Assembly: GCA_030265395.1 (NCBI GenBank)
Contig: JARFYF010000104.1
Span: forward strand, 26,309,055 to 26,373,054
Direction of reading: 5' to 3'
Source of the DNA: Rhina ancylostomus
Lineage: Eukaryota
Length of the DNA stretch: 64,000 nt
Shown: positions 12,828-23,591 of the stretch, piece after piece
Layout of the letters: every line of letters starts with the position of its first letter
How positions within the stretch are numbered: the first letter of the stretch is position 1
Made by a program: the position numbers and the translations under genes
Notes under the pieces: generated by a model
What the model was told of the DNA's origin: nothing
Databases searched by the model: none
The model's input: only the letters and a program-made list of their open reading frames with translations

Positions 12828-13066
12828 CTGCATGTTACTGCCCCACTGAGATTTGCCCTCCAGGAGAGCATCCAGTACAGCCCTGCTCGGTTCATCAGCT
12901 GCCTGGTCATTTCCACTCACTACATAGTAGGAAGATCTCACTCGTTTGAAAAATTCAGCATCCACAGTCTTGGCACTGCAGTGATTTGGAATATACACCA
13001 GGTCAAGGTAAACAGGAGGTCCAGGAGGCACTGACGGCATGCCTGCTGCCTTATTGCTGCTGGAAC
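12828..13066 (-). CDS. MAP1B: MAP1B exon 6 (239 nt), LC1: ...PVYLDLVYIPNHCSAK...LLEGKSQWGSNMQ
   Basis: ORF 12705..13040. Acceptor ttctattgaAG at 13067-13068, donor CAG|GTAAGG starting at 12827. Phase 1 start matches the exon 5 end. Confidence 0.97.
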
Positions 13067-13399
13067 CTTCAATAGAAAGGATTCAATGGTTCAATGTAAC
13101 GGCATTGCAAAATTCAGTTCCCTTTGAGAGCATCTGCCCCCTCGTGCCTCTTCCCCTTCACAACCCCCACCCACCAGCGGCTAAGCTGTATGCTGATTCA
13201 GCATTGGAGCCAGCTGGACAATAATTGAGCAAAAATAACTAAATCAAATTATTTTCCCCAATTTATTCTGTCAGCTCCTGAATGCACTGATCATGTTTAG
13301 TCCTGCAGATGCTGGCAGCCTGTGACACACACACAGTGCATTTTGGTGCCTAAACTGTTCTTACCAGCCATCTACGTCTTGTCTACATGGAAGTTCATC

Positions 13400-13760
13400 C
13401 TTGACGACAACACTGACTGAGGTATACAAAATTCTGAGGGCCACAGATAGGAGAGATAGCAAGAAACCTTTCTCTATTGTTGTGGTATTTAAAATAAGAG
13501 GGCACAGGTTTAATGTCAGGGGTATGAGATCTATGGGATTTGAGGAAAAATTTGCTTTCAAGAGGTTAGCTGAAATCAGAAACACATGACCTGAGGGGGT
13601 GGTGGAGGCAGAGACTCTCACACCATTTACTTGGATGAACAGAAGGCATAAAAGGCAATGTGCTGAGTGTTGGAGAAAGGGATTAACATAGACAGATATT
13701 TGATAACCAGNNNNNNNNNNCTACGGGCCAAACAGCTTGTTTATGTGCTGTGTGACTCCC
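13400..13760 (+). mobile_element. CR1 LINE 3' end
   Basis: ORF 13401..13589, LTEVYKILRATDR...RGHRFNV: CR1 ORF2 C-terminus plus tail. Confidence 0.8.
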
Positions 13761-14074
13761 TACTCAAGTTTCTTCCTGGTCTGAACATTAATAACAGTGT
13801 GCTGCTATTTTTTCAGCAAACTCTATCCCAATGTTTCAGGTGTAGACTAAGGATTAACATCTGAAATAGAAAATGATTTCACCACAGAGAATATATCACT
13901 TGTTGTTTCCAGATTTTCTTTTAGATTTCCATCATTTACATTATTTTGCTTTACATTTATTTCAAAACTAACTTCTGGGTCTTACACTGAATTGTGAAGA
14001 AATGCCCATATATTTTTCAATTTCAACCAAATGGTATAAAGGGAATTCTACAGCTAAGAAAATCAAACAGTCTG

Positions 14075-15110
14075 GAGAGTTTACTTGAAGTAAATGGCAA
14101 TATCTTGGAACTTATTACCTGAGAGATGGTGGAAGCAAATTCAAACATGACTTTCAATAAAGAATTTGTTAGGTTCAAAAGAAATAAAGTTACAGGGTGA
14201 CACCTTGCGTTGACAGGGAATTCAGGGAATGGGGTCAATTGGATTGATCTTACAAAAAAGATACAGGCTCGAAAGACTAACGGGCCTCCTGTGATGTAAC
14301 GATGCAATGATTGAGTTCATAAGACAATTTTTTTCACAATGCATTAATTTTGAACTAAAATACGCAAATAGAGAATAGTTTAGCTCATTGTCACTGTAGA
14401 AGCATTTGCAGAAAATAGGAGATGGGATAGTCCTGGGCTATTCTCGTTCTTCTACCCAGCTTATTTTGAGAATAGTCCAAGATATAGATTGCATGTGGGC
14501 TTAAACAGAGGCACAAACAATAGAACATAGGCAATTTTGTACCCCCAGCTTATTCCTCCACTTAATGAGCAAAAATCTCGGATCTAACTCCAAACCCTGT
14601 CATTGCCTCAAAACATTTGGTTATCAAAAATTTAACTGTCTCAAATTCATAATTAATGACTGATCCTTCATCAAGTGTTATTTGCAGATGACAGTTCCAA
14701 ACTTATTTGGTCTTTTGTGTGCCAGTTGTTTCTCATCCTTCCTCCTGGAAGGACAGACTCCATTTTTTAGATTGTGCCCTTAGTTCTAGATTCCTCACCC
14801 AGCAAAAGTAGTTTATGCTTATCCGAACATCTTGAACACATTTATTAAATCAGCCTTTTAGCTTCCAATTACAGGGAATACAGCCCTAGTTTGTGTAATC
14901 TCTTGTTTTATAATCTTGAATACTGAAACGGATGAAGATTCAAAAGCAATTCTCTGAAGGAAATTTGGTAAGTATTTGGAGTATCTGAAAAATTTGTGGA
15001 GCTATAGGGATAGAGAAAGGAAATTGGACTAATTCAATAATTCTTCCAAACAGCGGGCACAAAAATGATAGACAGAATGGCCTCTTTCTGTGCTGGATTG
15101 ACTTGTGATC
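14075..15110. mobile_element. Cluster of decayed CR1 3' fragments in alternating orientation (+ ~14080-14310, - ~14515-14900, + ~14920-15110)
   Basis: ggtggaagcaaattca and gaatggcctctttctgtgctg tails; reverse-oriented tgtgcccttagttctagattc segment. Confidence 0.55.
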
Positions 15111-15823
15111 CAACAATGAATGAGTATAGAGATGCCCACAGATTAACCAGAATGCTCATTGACCAGAGGTTTGGGTTCTAACGCTTTAAACTAGGTTAGC
15201 AAAATTCTAACCAGTTATGTTGAATGTTAAGGGCTTGGGTGAGGAACAGAGGCAAATCATGAGGAGCAGGGGAATTAATAATTATGGTTATTATAAATGG
15301 TGTAAACATTTTGTTATCTAAAAATTACATGCTTAGCACCTTCAGGAATCCTTTCCAGTAAATCCAGTATTTTTCCTTCTCCTTCAGTTAAAAGTTCAGG
15401 TTCCATTGTTTGTTTCATTTTCTTATCCTCTTAATACATGTTAGTTTTTAAACAACAAGCAATTAAAATTGGATAATTGGCTCTGGATATTTTTCCTGCA
15501 GTCATCATCATAGAACATTTAATAAAAATGTCATTTGCATATTATTTATGTGGTCTATCTACCTGATTGAAAGATTATTAACAATTCTCTCTATAAGGTT
15601 TTGCACATGAATCATTAATCATCTACCACTTGAATGTAATATCTGTTTAATATTGTTATAATTGCATTTTCTAAATGCTTTCTCAAACTGTGAATCTCCT
15701 CTAGTTCTTCCTGGTATTGAACTTTTTGCACAGATGAAATATACTGTTATTCTACAACTGTCAGTTGAAAAGGCTTCACAAATTTCTCAGAGAATGCTCA
15801 AAAACTAACTTAACAACTTTTGC

Positions 15824-15921
15824 TTACTTACATTGTTTATGTAGTCTGTTCCTTGACAATGTTTAAGGAGTTTTACTTACATTGTTTATGTAGTCTGTTC
15901 CTTGACAATGTTTAAGGAGTT
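15824..15921. repeat. Perfect 49-bp tandem duplication in intron 5
   Basis: ttacttacattgtttatgtagtctgttccttgacaatgtttaaggagtt occurs twice (15824-15872, 15873-15921). Confidence 0.95.
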
Positions 15922-16432
15922 AGTCTAAATGTATGTTTAACCAGTTTTTTGTCATTAACCTGACAAGTGATGCTGCATTATATTGCTGATTGTGAAATTA
16001 CAGTTCAACATTTTGAATAAAGATCACTAAATCAAGAAATGTTTAACTTTGAATAAGAGGAACACTAAGCTTTTAATCAATAGTTTAATCGTCTGTGGAA
16101 AAGCACAAGTGTACAAAAGAAAATCAAATAATTGCAGAACACTGTGTTAACTAGCATTCCGTCAATTAGTGCACACTTGCTTCTACTTAACATTTAAAGT
16201 CATCATAGGTGAGAGACTTCCTGCTGTAACTTCAGTGAGAGAAACCACTGAGAAATGGAATAATGTTCTGAGCTTCTTGCCAAGGTTATGGAGGTCATGT
16301 GAATCCTAAGGAAATTCCTAGAAGTAAATGTATTCCTTTTAAAAGAGTTTAAGTAATACTCAAAATATTGCAATTTTCTGATCTATACTGAATTAATTAA
16401 TTTAACAGGTTACAAGGCTAAAGGATTATTAC

Positions 16433-19400
16433 CTGGATTTTTAGTGGTGTGTGCAGATTTTGAGTTTGTGGTGTTAGTAGCATTTTTTGCTTCCTTGTCA
16501 TCACCCCGAGCAGCTTTCACTTCTGGATTGGTGCTAGCTTTGGGACCCTTCTCCGCCGAATCCTTTTTAGGAGAAGCTGTTTTTGCAGTTTTATCAGATG
16601 ATTCCTTTGCTGATGTGAGTGCATTTGTTCTGGAGGGAGCACTGGGATGCTTTGGTTTGCTGTCAGATTTTCTAGAAGGAGAGGAAGACTTTGTCTTCGT
16701 GACCTGCTTTTTGGTTTTTGTTCTTTCTTTAACCTCCTTCTTCAAAGGTTTATCTGCCTTTGCTATGCTCTGTTCAGTAGGCAGTGCTTCAGGATCTACC
16801 ATGCAAACATCTGGGTGTGGTGGAGGAGGACTGGGGTCCTTTAAGGGAGCTGGTGGGGGATCCATCTGTCTGTGTACAAGTGTTCTGTCTGTCGGAAGGG
16901 TTTCAGACTCATCTTCGGAGTCCAAGGCAGCATCTGCAGTGATAGATGGGCATTCTTCTGTTCCAGGGGGGAAGTCTGAATCAGTCTGTGATGGAGCTGA
17001 TTCACTGATTGATGTGCCAGGAGTGTCATCGCACTGACGTGCCTGCTGCTTTCCACCAGAAGGAGGCTGAGCTCCTCCACCTAGGGTCAACGGCCTTTCA
17101 AGATCTTCAAGAGCATCTTCTTGTTCAAAAAATTCTAAGGGGCTTGGGTTGATGAAAGAAGGGGAAAGATCAGCCATATTGAGCTTGAATGAAGTAGGAG
17201 TTTTATAACATTTATCAACATTGTATTGAACCTCTGTTCTGGTTGCAAAAGGTCCATCATCAACCTCACAAGTATCTTTGACTTTATCTTGTTTGCCAGT
17301 GAAAGACTCCATTTCTTCAATGTCTGTCTGCACTACTGGAATTTTGCTTTGTGAGAGGGAAGGCTCTTGATATGAGTGTGTTGCGAATACAGCAGATACT
17401 TGTTCTGAAGAAAATATTGATGATGCCATTGGAGATTTCTCCTGCAGTAGACCTGAACCTGATGAATCAGAACTATGGAAAGGAGAAACATCCTTTGTAA
17501 ATGAAAGAGGCTGTGAAACATCAAACATCTGTAAATCATCCTTCTCTTGGAGTGGAGAAGTTGTTTGTGGTGAACGGGCAGCTGGTAGCCTCTCTGGGAG
17601 TAATGCCTCTCCAGAAATAATTGGTTTTTCAGATGGGATGGCAGATGAGACTGAAGTACAAACACCATATTCCTCCTGGAGTGGAGAACTAGTTTGTGGA
17701 GTCCGAGCAGATGAAGTTGTTGGAGAAGCTTCCGTTGGTGGGGTTGAACCAAACTGTAAGTGATCCTTATCTTGACTGTAGAATGGTTTGTCAAGCGTAG
17801 GCAAAGAGTTTTGCATAAATCCAGTCTCATGCATATCAGATGGACTATAATCTACCTCAGTCGGCCCATTCTCAGAAATGTGCTGGTAGCTGGCATTAAA
17901 TGAAGGTTGCTCAGGAGACTGCTTGCTGAAGTCCAAGGCCAAAGACTGTTCAGGAGACTCCTGACTGAATTCCACAGACATTGTAGAGTGTTCAGGTGAC
18001 CTGACTTCCTGCACAGGTGTTCTGGATTTTGCAGTTTTTGGAGAGACTTCTGGAGGAGAAATTGACATGGGTCTTGGGCAATCCTCTTTAGAAGGTGAAA
18101 CTTCTGCTTCTTGGAATGCAGTAGGTGTTTGCACAACCGATACTGAAAGGGATTCATCCACTTCAGTTGAATGAGGAGACCCAACTTCTGCATGCAATGA
18201 GGGGGAAACGTCATCTGCTGTGGGTTCTGGAAAAGAACTTGTGGCCAGGGATGCTGTTGAAGCTGAAGCTGCCCCTTCTATGTGGGAATAGGTGTCTTCT
18301 GCCACCACCTCATCAACAGGTGTAGCTGATTTGTCTGACGTGGTTCCTTCTGAGATTGACATTTTGCTGTCTTCTTTAGCAGAACCAATCTGGCTGAGAT
18401 CTACCAATGTTGGGGAGAGCTCCCCTCCTGCTTTATGTGTTTCGAAGGGACCAAGTGATGCAAAAGTACCAATAGTGCTCCCTTCCACTTTCCGTTCCTG
18501 GCTAAAACTATCTTTGGGAGTCAACAATTCAAAATCAGCTGCCTGTTCTTTTTCAGGAGCAGCAGGACCGGATGGGAAATCATTAAATGGATAAACTCGG
18601 GGTGAAGAGAGAAGTTTAAGTTTGTCACTTGTGAGTTCCATTGCACCTTCCAGAAACTGTACTGGGAATTCCTCTCCATCATTTGGAGAGCTATCAACAG
18701 GGGAGCTGGAACCCAACATTGGTGGACTACGCAGTGGAGACAAAACTTTCTCAACAGGTGATTCTGAGTCAGGTACAGGCTCATCCATAGGACTATACCT
18801 TGGACTGGTCTCGTCGACTTTTGCATCATCAGTCTCAATGATAATTGGCGTTGGGGGCTTTCCTGACACATCAGCTGGAACTTTACTATCTTTCTCATCT
18901 ATTGGTGACTGATAAAATGGAGTGTGGCCAGCACTAGGAGTTCCAGACTGTGCAGGTGATGCCATCTCCAGGGTTTTCTCTTCAGGACTTGCACAATGAT
19001 CACCTGGAACTTCATGTTCTGAAGCCGTCAGATCAGTGGATGCCTTGATTTCTGATGGAGTCAAATCAAAGTTGACATTACGATCACTTAATGGTGTCCT
19101 GGACTGTGGTGAGGATTCAGCTGGACTCCTTGCAGGGCTTAGTTTGGTTTCGAAGTCTTTTATTTGACTCTCTTGCTTTTCAGCCTCTAAGTCCTCCTGG
19201 TTTTCATATTCATCATGTTTTGGAATGCTGATGCCAGCTGGTGGAGGTTTGAAGTACTTGTCTTCTTCCAGGGAAGATGAAGGAGATATTGTTGAGGCAG
19301 AAGCTGGATAATCATCACCTTGTGTCACATCAGTTTTTGAAATTTCCAATGAGAATCCATTGTAGGTGTCAGGAACAGGAGAAAGCTTGGCTCCCTCTCG

Positions 19401-22379
19401 ACTCTGAGAAATAACAGTCGTTTCAAACTTTGTTACACTTACAAACTCCTGGGTTGGAGATTCTGTTTCTTCATTGTTGGTCTCATCGCTCATAATGTCT
19501 CTGGGTGTGGACATTCCGTCCATTGGTGTGGGCTCACTAGAAATTTCAATAGTAGATTGAGTAAAGCCAGATGTAGCTGTAAATTCCTCAGGTGGCTCGT
19601 CATGGGTTTCTTCATCTGAAGCTGTTGCCTCAATTTCAAAATCAGTAGGAATGGTCTCATTACGAATAGAAAATGTTTGATCAATGATTGAAGAATGAAG
19701 TGCAGAAAGTTTATCCAGAGCTGCACCAGGAGATGGAATTTTACTCTCTTCAATACTTTTAATCTCACATTTCTCTTTCTCTTCATACATTTCAGCAGCT
19801 TCGTTGTCATCTACTCTATTCCCTTCATCCTCTGCCTCTTCTTCAGTCTCAGCCTTTTCAAGAAGCATGTCCTCCCGTTCTCTATGATCTTCTCCTACTT
19901 CCGATTCTTCAGTCTCTTCTTTTTCTACCATCTCTTCAACATCAAGTGGTTCTTCAGTTTCAATTAATTCTTCTGCTTCAAGGTCCTCAGCCTCAGCTTT
20001 TGCCCCAATAATAACATGCTCCAGCTCAGTTTTGGTGGGAAGCATCTTATCCACTGTCCCTACCAGCTCCTCAACATCTTCAGTCTCTGCCTTCTCTTCA
20101 TAGTCTCCAGGTTCAGAGGATTCTTCAAAACCTGCACCTTCATCCTCAAATCGTTCTAATGTTCCCTTATTTTCAGTCTCGACATACTCTTGAGGAGACT
20201 GTTCAAATTCACCTTCAGCCTCAGTGGTTGTAATTCCTTCATCAGGAGATTCATCTATCTCTACAGCATCTCCATGAATCGTAAGGCCTACCTTCTCCAC
20301 TTGCACTTCATTCTGTACTGAATTCTCCATTGGTACAGGAGGTACCTGGGTGTCTCTTTTCTCTTCCTCATTAAGTTCTTCAAAGTCCTTAGTTAAATCT
20401 TCCGGCGAAGACATGAGTGATCGTTCAACCTCAAGTTCGGTTGCAGCAACTGCAGCTGTGGCTGCGGCTGCAGCTGCCGCTACTCCAACCGCAGCAACAG
20501 TTTCGACCTTAGTTTCTTTCTTGCCTGGTTTTGGTTTTCCTTTCAATTTGCTTGGACTGGCATCTTCCTTCTTTGCTGCCTCAACTTTCTTTTCCACTTT
20601 GGGCTTCAGTGGTAATTTTTTGGCCTCAGCTGAAGGCACAGTTTTCTTGACTTCCTTAGTGGGCTTTTTCAGGTCTTTCTTGACATCTTTGTCATTCTTC
20701 TTGATTTCTTTCTTTTCTTCCTTTTTGACTTCTTTCACTGGTGTTTCTTTCTTCTTCACTTCTTTTTTAATATCTTTCTTTACTTCCTTCTTTATTTCTT
20801 CTTTTTTAGGTTTCTCCTCCTTTTTCACCTTTTCTTTCTTGATGACAGCTTTTTCCTCTTTTGCCTCTGGCTTTGCACTCTCTTTTTTCACTTCCTTTTC
20901 CTCTTTCTTCTTCTCTTCCGGTTTCTTAGCTTTAACCTCCTTCTTTACAATTTTTTCCTTTAAAGGTTTTGGCTTGTTCTCGGACTTTAGTTTCTCATCC
21001 TTGGGTGTTTTTTCTTCAAGTTCCTGCTTAGCTGGTTCTGTTTTAGCTTTTGCCTCTTTCTCTTCAGGTTTCGATTGCGATTCTGTTCTGGGTCTTTCTT
21101 TCTTAACTACAGGTTTTTCCTTCTTTTCTACCTTCTGAGGCTTCTCAGTAGCAGCCTCTTGGTGATTAACTGCAGTAGGTTTTGTCATTTCGGGTGTTTC
21201 TTCCTTGATATCCTTCTTAACTCCTTTTCCAACAGACGGCCTAGAATTAGATTTGAGACTCTCCTTGCTGTCACTCCGTTGTTTCATCTTGGCCTGTTTA
21301 ACTGTTGGGGCAGCCAAGCCAGCTATTAGTTCTTTTTGAGTTACTACTGGGTGTTTCAAGAAGTCTAAATGCTTGAGTTTTTCTAATCCATCCAGGATAT
21401 TGTACTGTGGAGCATTTCCTGGGAACAGGGCACGGACTATTTTCTCAGATGGATTGGCTGGATGCCATACAATCAGAGAGGATATTGAAGTCAAATATGG
21501 AAATGAAATTTCTGCATCTTTGCCATTTGGCAAAACAAGTCCAGTTTTAGCTTTGTTGTTGCTGGACCAATGTTGCATGAAAAATTGTAGCTCTTTGCTT
21601 CCTTTCACTGGATTTAAAATGTACATCTCTAGTCGCCCCACACCCATTTTCTGAAACAGTATTACTGGATCAATGGCATTTCCTACAGTCCTAAACAGGG
21701 GTTCTGGCTTTATAGACAATTTGTTTAAGTACTGGAGAGTAAGGCAGGTTTCTTCAGTATTTCTCCTAACCCTGAAATTAGGCTGCAGGTTTGTCACATT
21801 TTCTGGGACATTAAGAAAGACAACACCCAGCTCAGGTGAGATCAGATTTTTCATCCAGTCACTGTTAGCAGTGGATCCTTGTGACTGTTCCTCTTCCAGT
21901 TCTGCTATTTTTCGTTGCAACAAACTGTTGACTCCGGGGAGATTGTCTGCTCCATTATGGGTGAGTAGAATGGAGTCAACTCTGTCCAAGTGCCGAACCA
22001 GTTTCCAGAAGCATGACTTGCGATCTGATCCACCATTTATAAGCATATTAAACCCATTGACAGCAAACAAAGCTGAGTCGCCTCTCCCACCGGGGAAAAT
22101 GTAGCAGCAAGGTTTTGACAATTTCAGGAAGCCGCCAGATGCAGGGGGCTCCAACACATCAAAGGATGATGGGACTTCAACTGACTCTGAGAGGTATTCT
22201 GTGAATTCTGAAAGTCCTTCCATTTCTGGTAAAATGGAGACTGAGTTCAGTTTTATATTGATAAAGTCCTGCAGATTGTGTTTCTCCAGATTTGTATTTT
22301 TCCAGTCACCTTCCTCAGGGCAGAATAATGTGAGGCTGGCTTTATTGGCTGGGTGTGTGGTACTTAATAGTTCTCCGAT
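16433..22379 (-). CDS. MAP1B: MAP1B exon 5 (5947 nt): N-terminal conserved domain, KKE(E/V/I) microtubule-binding repeats, acidic/Ser-Pro-rich heavy chain and start of light chain LC1
   Basis: 1937-aa ORF 16410..22223, extended upstream in frame to IGELLSTTHPANKASLTLFCPEEGDW. Acceptor ctgtcAG at 22380-22381, donor CAG|GTAATA starting at 16432. Hallmark motifs SLMSSPEDLTKDFEEL, SPDEGITTTE, VLSPLRSPP, ENGPTEVDYSPSD, LSPSFINP, HPDVCMVDPEAL. Confidence 0.98.
20500..21150 (-). repeat. Coding low-complexity KKE(E/V/I) repeat region (microtubule-binding domain)
   Basis: Translation shows KKEVKAKK, KKEEKPKKEEIKKEVKKDIKKEVKKK and similar units. Confidence 0.9.
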
Positions 22380-23062
22380 CTGACAGCAGAATAAAAGATA
22401 ATAATTAGTAGTAATTAGTGAAAGACCTCAATTAACAGCAACTTGGCTTTTTGCATCACAGCCATTTCCTGCCAAATGAATTGTAATTATAAGAATACTC
22501 ATGTCAGGAAAAAATAATGAAATATTCCTTCTTCTATTACCAAAATATATGTAAATATTTTGAACTGCTAATTCCAGTATGTATGTAATTTAGTTACAGA
22601 GATGAGTAAATTCATAATACTTCATTTTGAGAAAAGTCCCAATTCTATCTGGGTAAACCCATGTTCATTGAAAATATGCAAGAAACTTTTCTTGTTTTAA
22701 CATGCAGGTATACATTAAGGCTATTTTCTTGACAGCTCTTGCTAGCCAGACATTAGCAGGCAGGAAATTTGGCCATTAAAGGAGATTTTAATTTTGCAGC
22801 AACCTGAAATCTTATATTTTGTAGAAAAATGACACAGTACATGAATTTATAAAGATGGACCAATGACATACAAGACTGTTTCATCCAGTCCTAGCAATGT
22901 TTTTAAAGAGGTATCCCAGGATTATTTCTTTACAGTGTGGAACATCTACCTGGCAAAGAATAAATTTACAAGTGCAAACAGAAGTGCCCATTCACCCAAT
23001 CCATGTTGAATTGATTTCATCATGATATTCATCAATCAGAAATATGAACTTCATCAGCAACA

Positions 23063-23264
23063 CTGGAGACACAAGAGATAGTAGATGCTGGAATCTGGAG
23101 CAACAAACAATCTGTTGGGGGAACTCAGCAGGTCGAGCAGAATCAGTGGGAGGAAAGGAATTGTTGATGTTTTGGGTTGAAACCCCAACCCCAAAGGTCA
23201 ACGATTCCTTTCCTCCCACAGATGCTGTTTGACCTGCTTAGTTCCCCCGCAGAATGTTCGTTGT
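23063..23264. mobile_element. Fold-back Penelope-tail insertion with 13-bp target-site duplication, intron 4
   Basis: Arms ~23101-23179 and ~23186-23263 are near-reverse complements. Flanked by ttcatcagcaaca at 23050-23062 and 23265-23277. Confidence 0.85.
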
Positions 23265-23450
23265 TTCATCAGCAACAACTTTGTGAGCTTAAACGTGTGC
23301 TCTTAGCAACTGCTTACTATCACCATGGAAGATAATCATTAAGCAAATTGAGAACACCTTTCAAACTTTCAGAACAATCCTTGTTTGCAGCAAGGTTCTG
23401 CTGAGGGCAAGAGAGGGCAGGAGCGAAGTGCAAAATATGCACTTCCTTAC

Positions 23451-23591
23451 CTCTTGATCTGTAAAAATTTCAATGAAGTTCTGAAATGAGAATGAACCAG
23501 ACTGTAGAATCAGCTCCCCAGTGTTTTCACAGCACTGTCCAGTTAGCACCAGCAGCTTGTGTCGGGCAGCGTCAGTGATCATGAGGCGTAC
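23451..23591 (-). CDS. MAP1B: MAP1B exon 4 (141 nt), VRLMITDAARHKLLVLTGQC...IEIFTDQE
   Basis: Within ORF 23361..23645. Acceptor tttctcAG at 23592-23593, donor GTAAGG starting at 23450. In frame with exons 3 and 5. Confidence 0.97.

Noticed and set aside
20350-21138. 262-aa plus-strand ORF (also 16444..17037, 21673..22104 and others) antisense to exon 5
   Set aside because: Phe/Ser/Leu-rich mirror of the Lys/Glu codons of MAP1B. Stop-free antisense frames are expected here, and there is no independent gene signal.
16410-22223. 1937-aa ORF as a stand-alone intronless gene or as MAP1A
   Set aside because: Splice sites join it in phase to exons 3, 4, 6 and 7, and the central motifs and KIEL terminus are MAP1B-specific.
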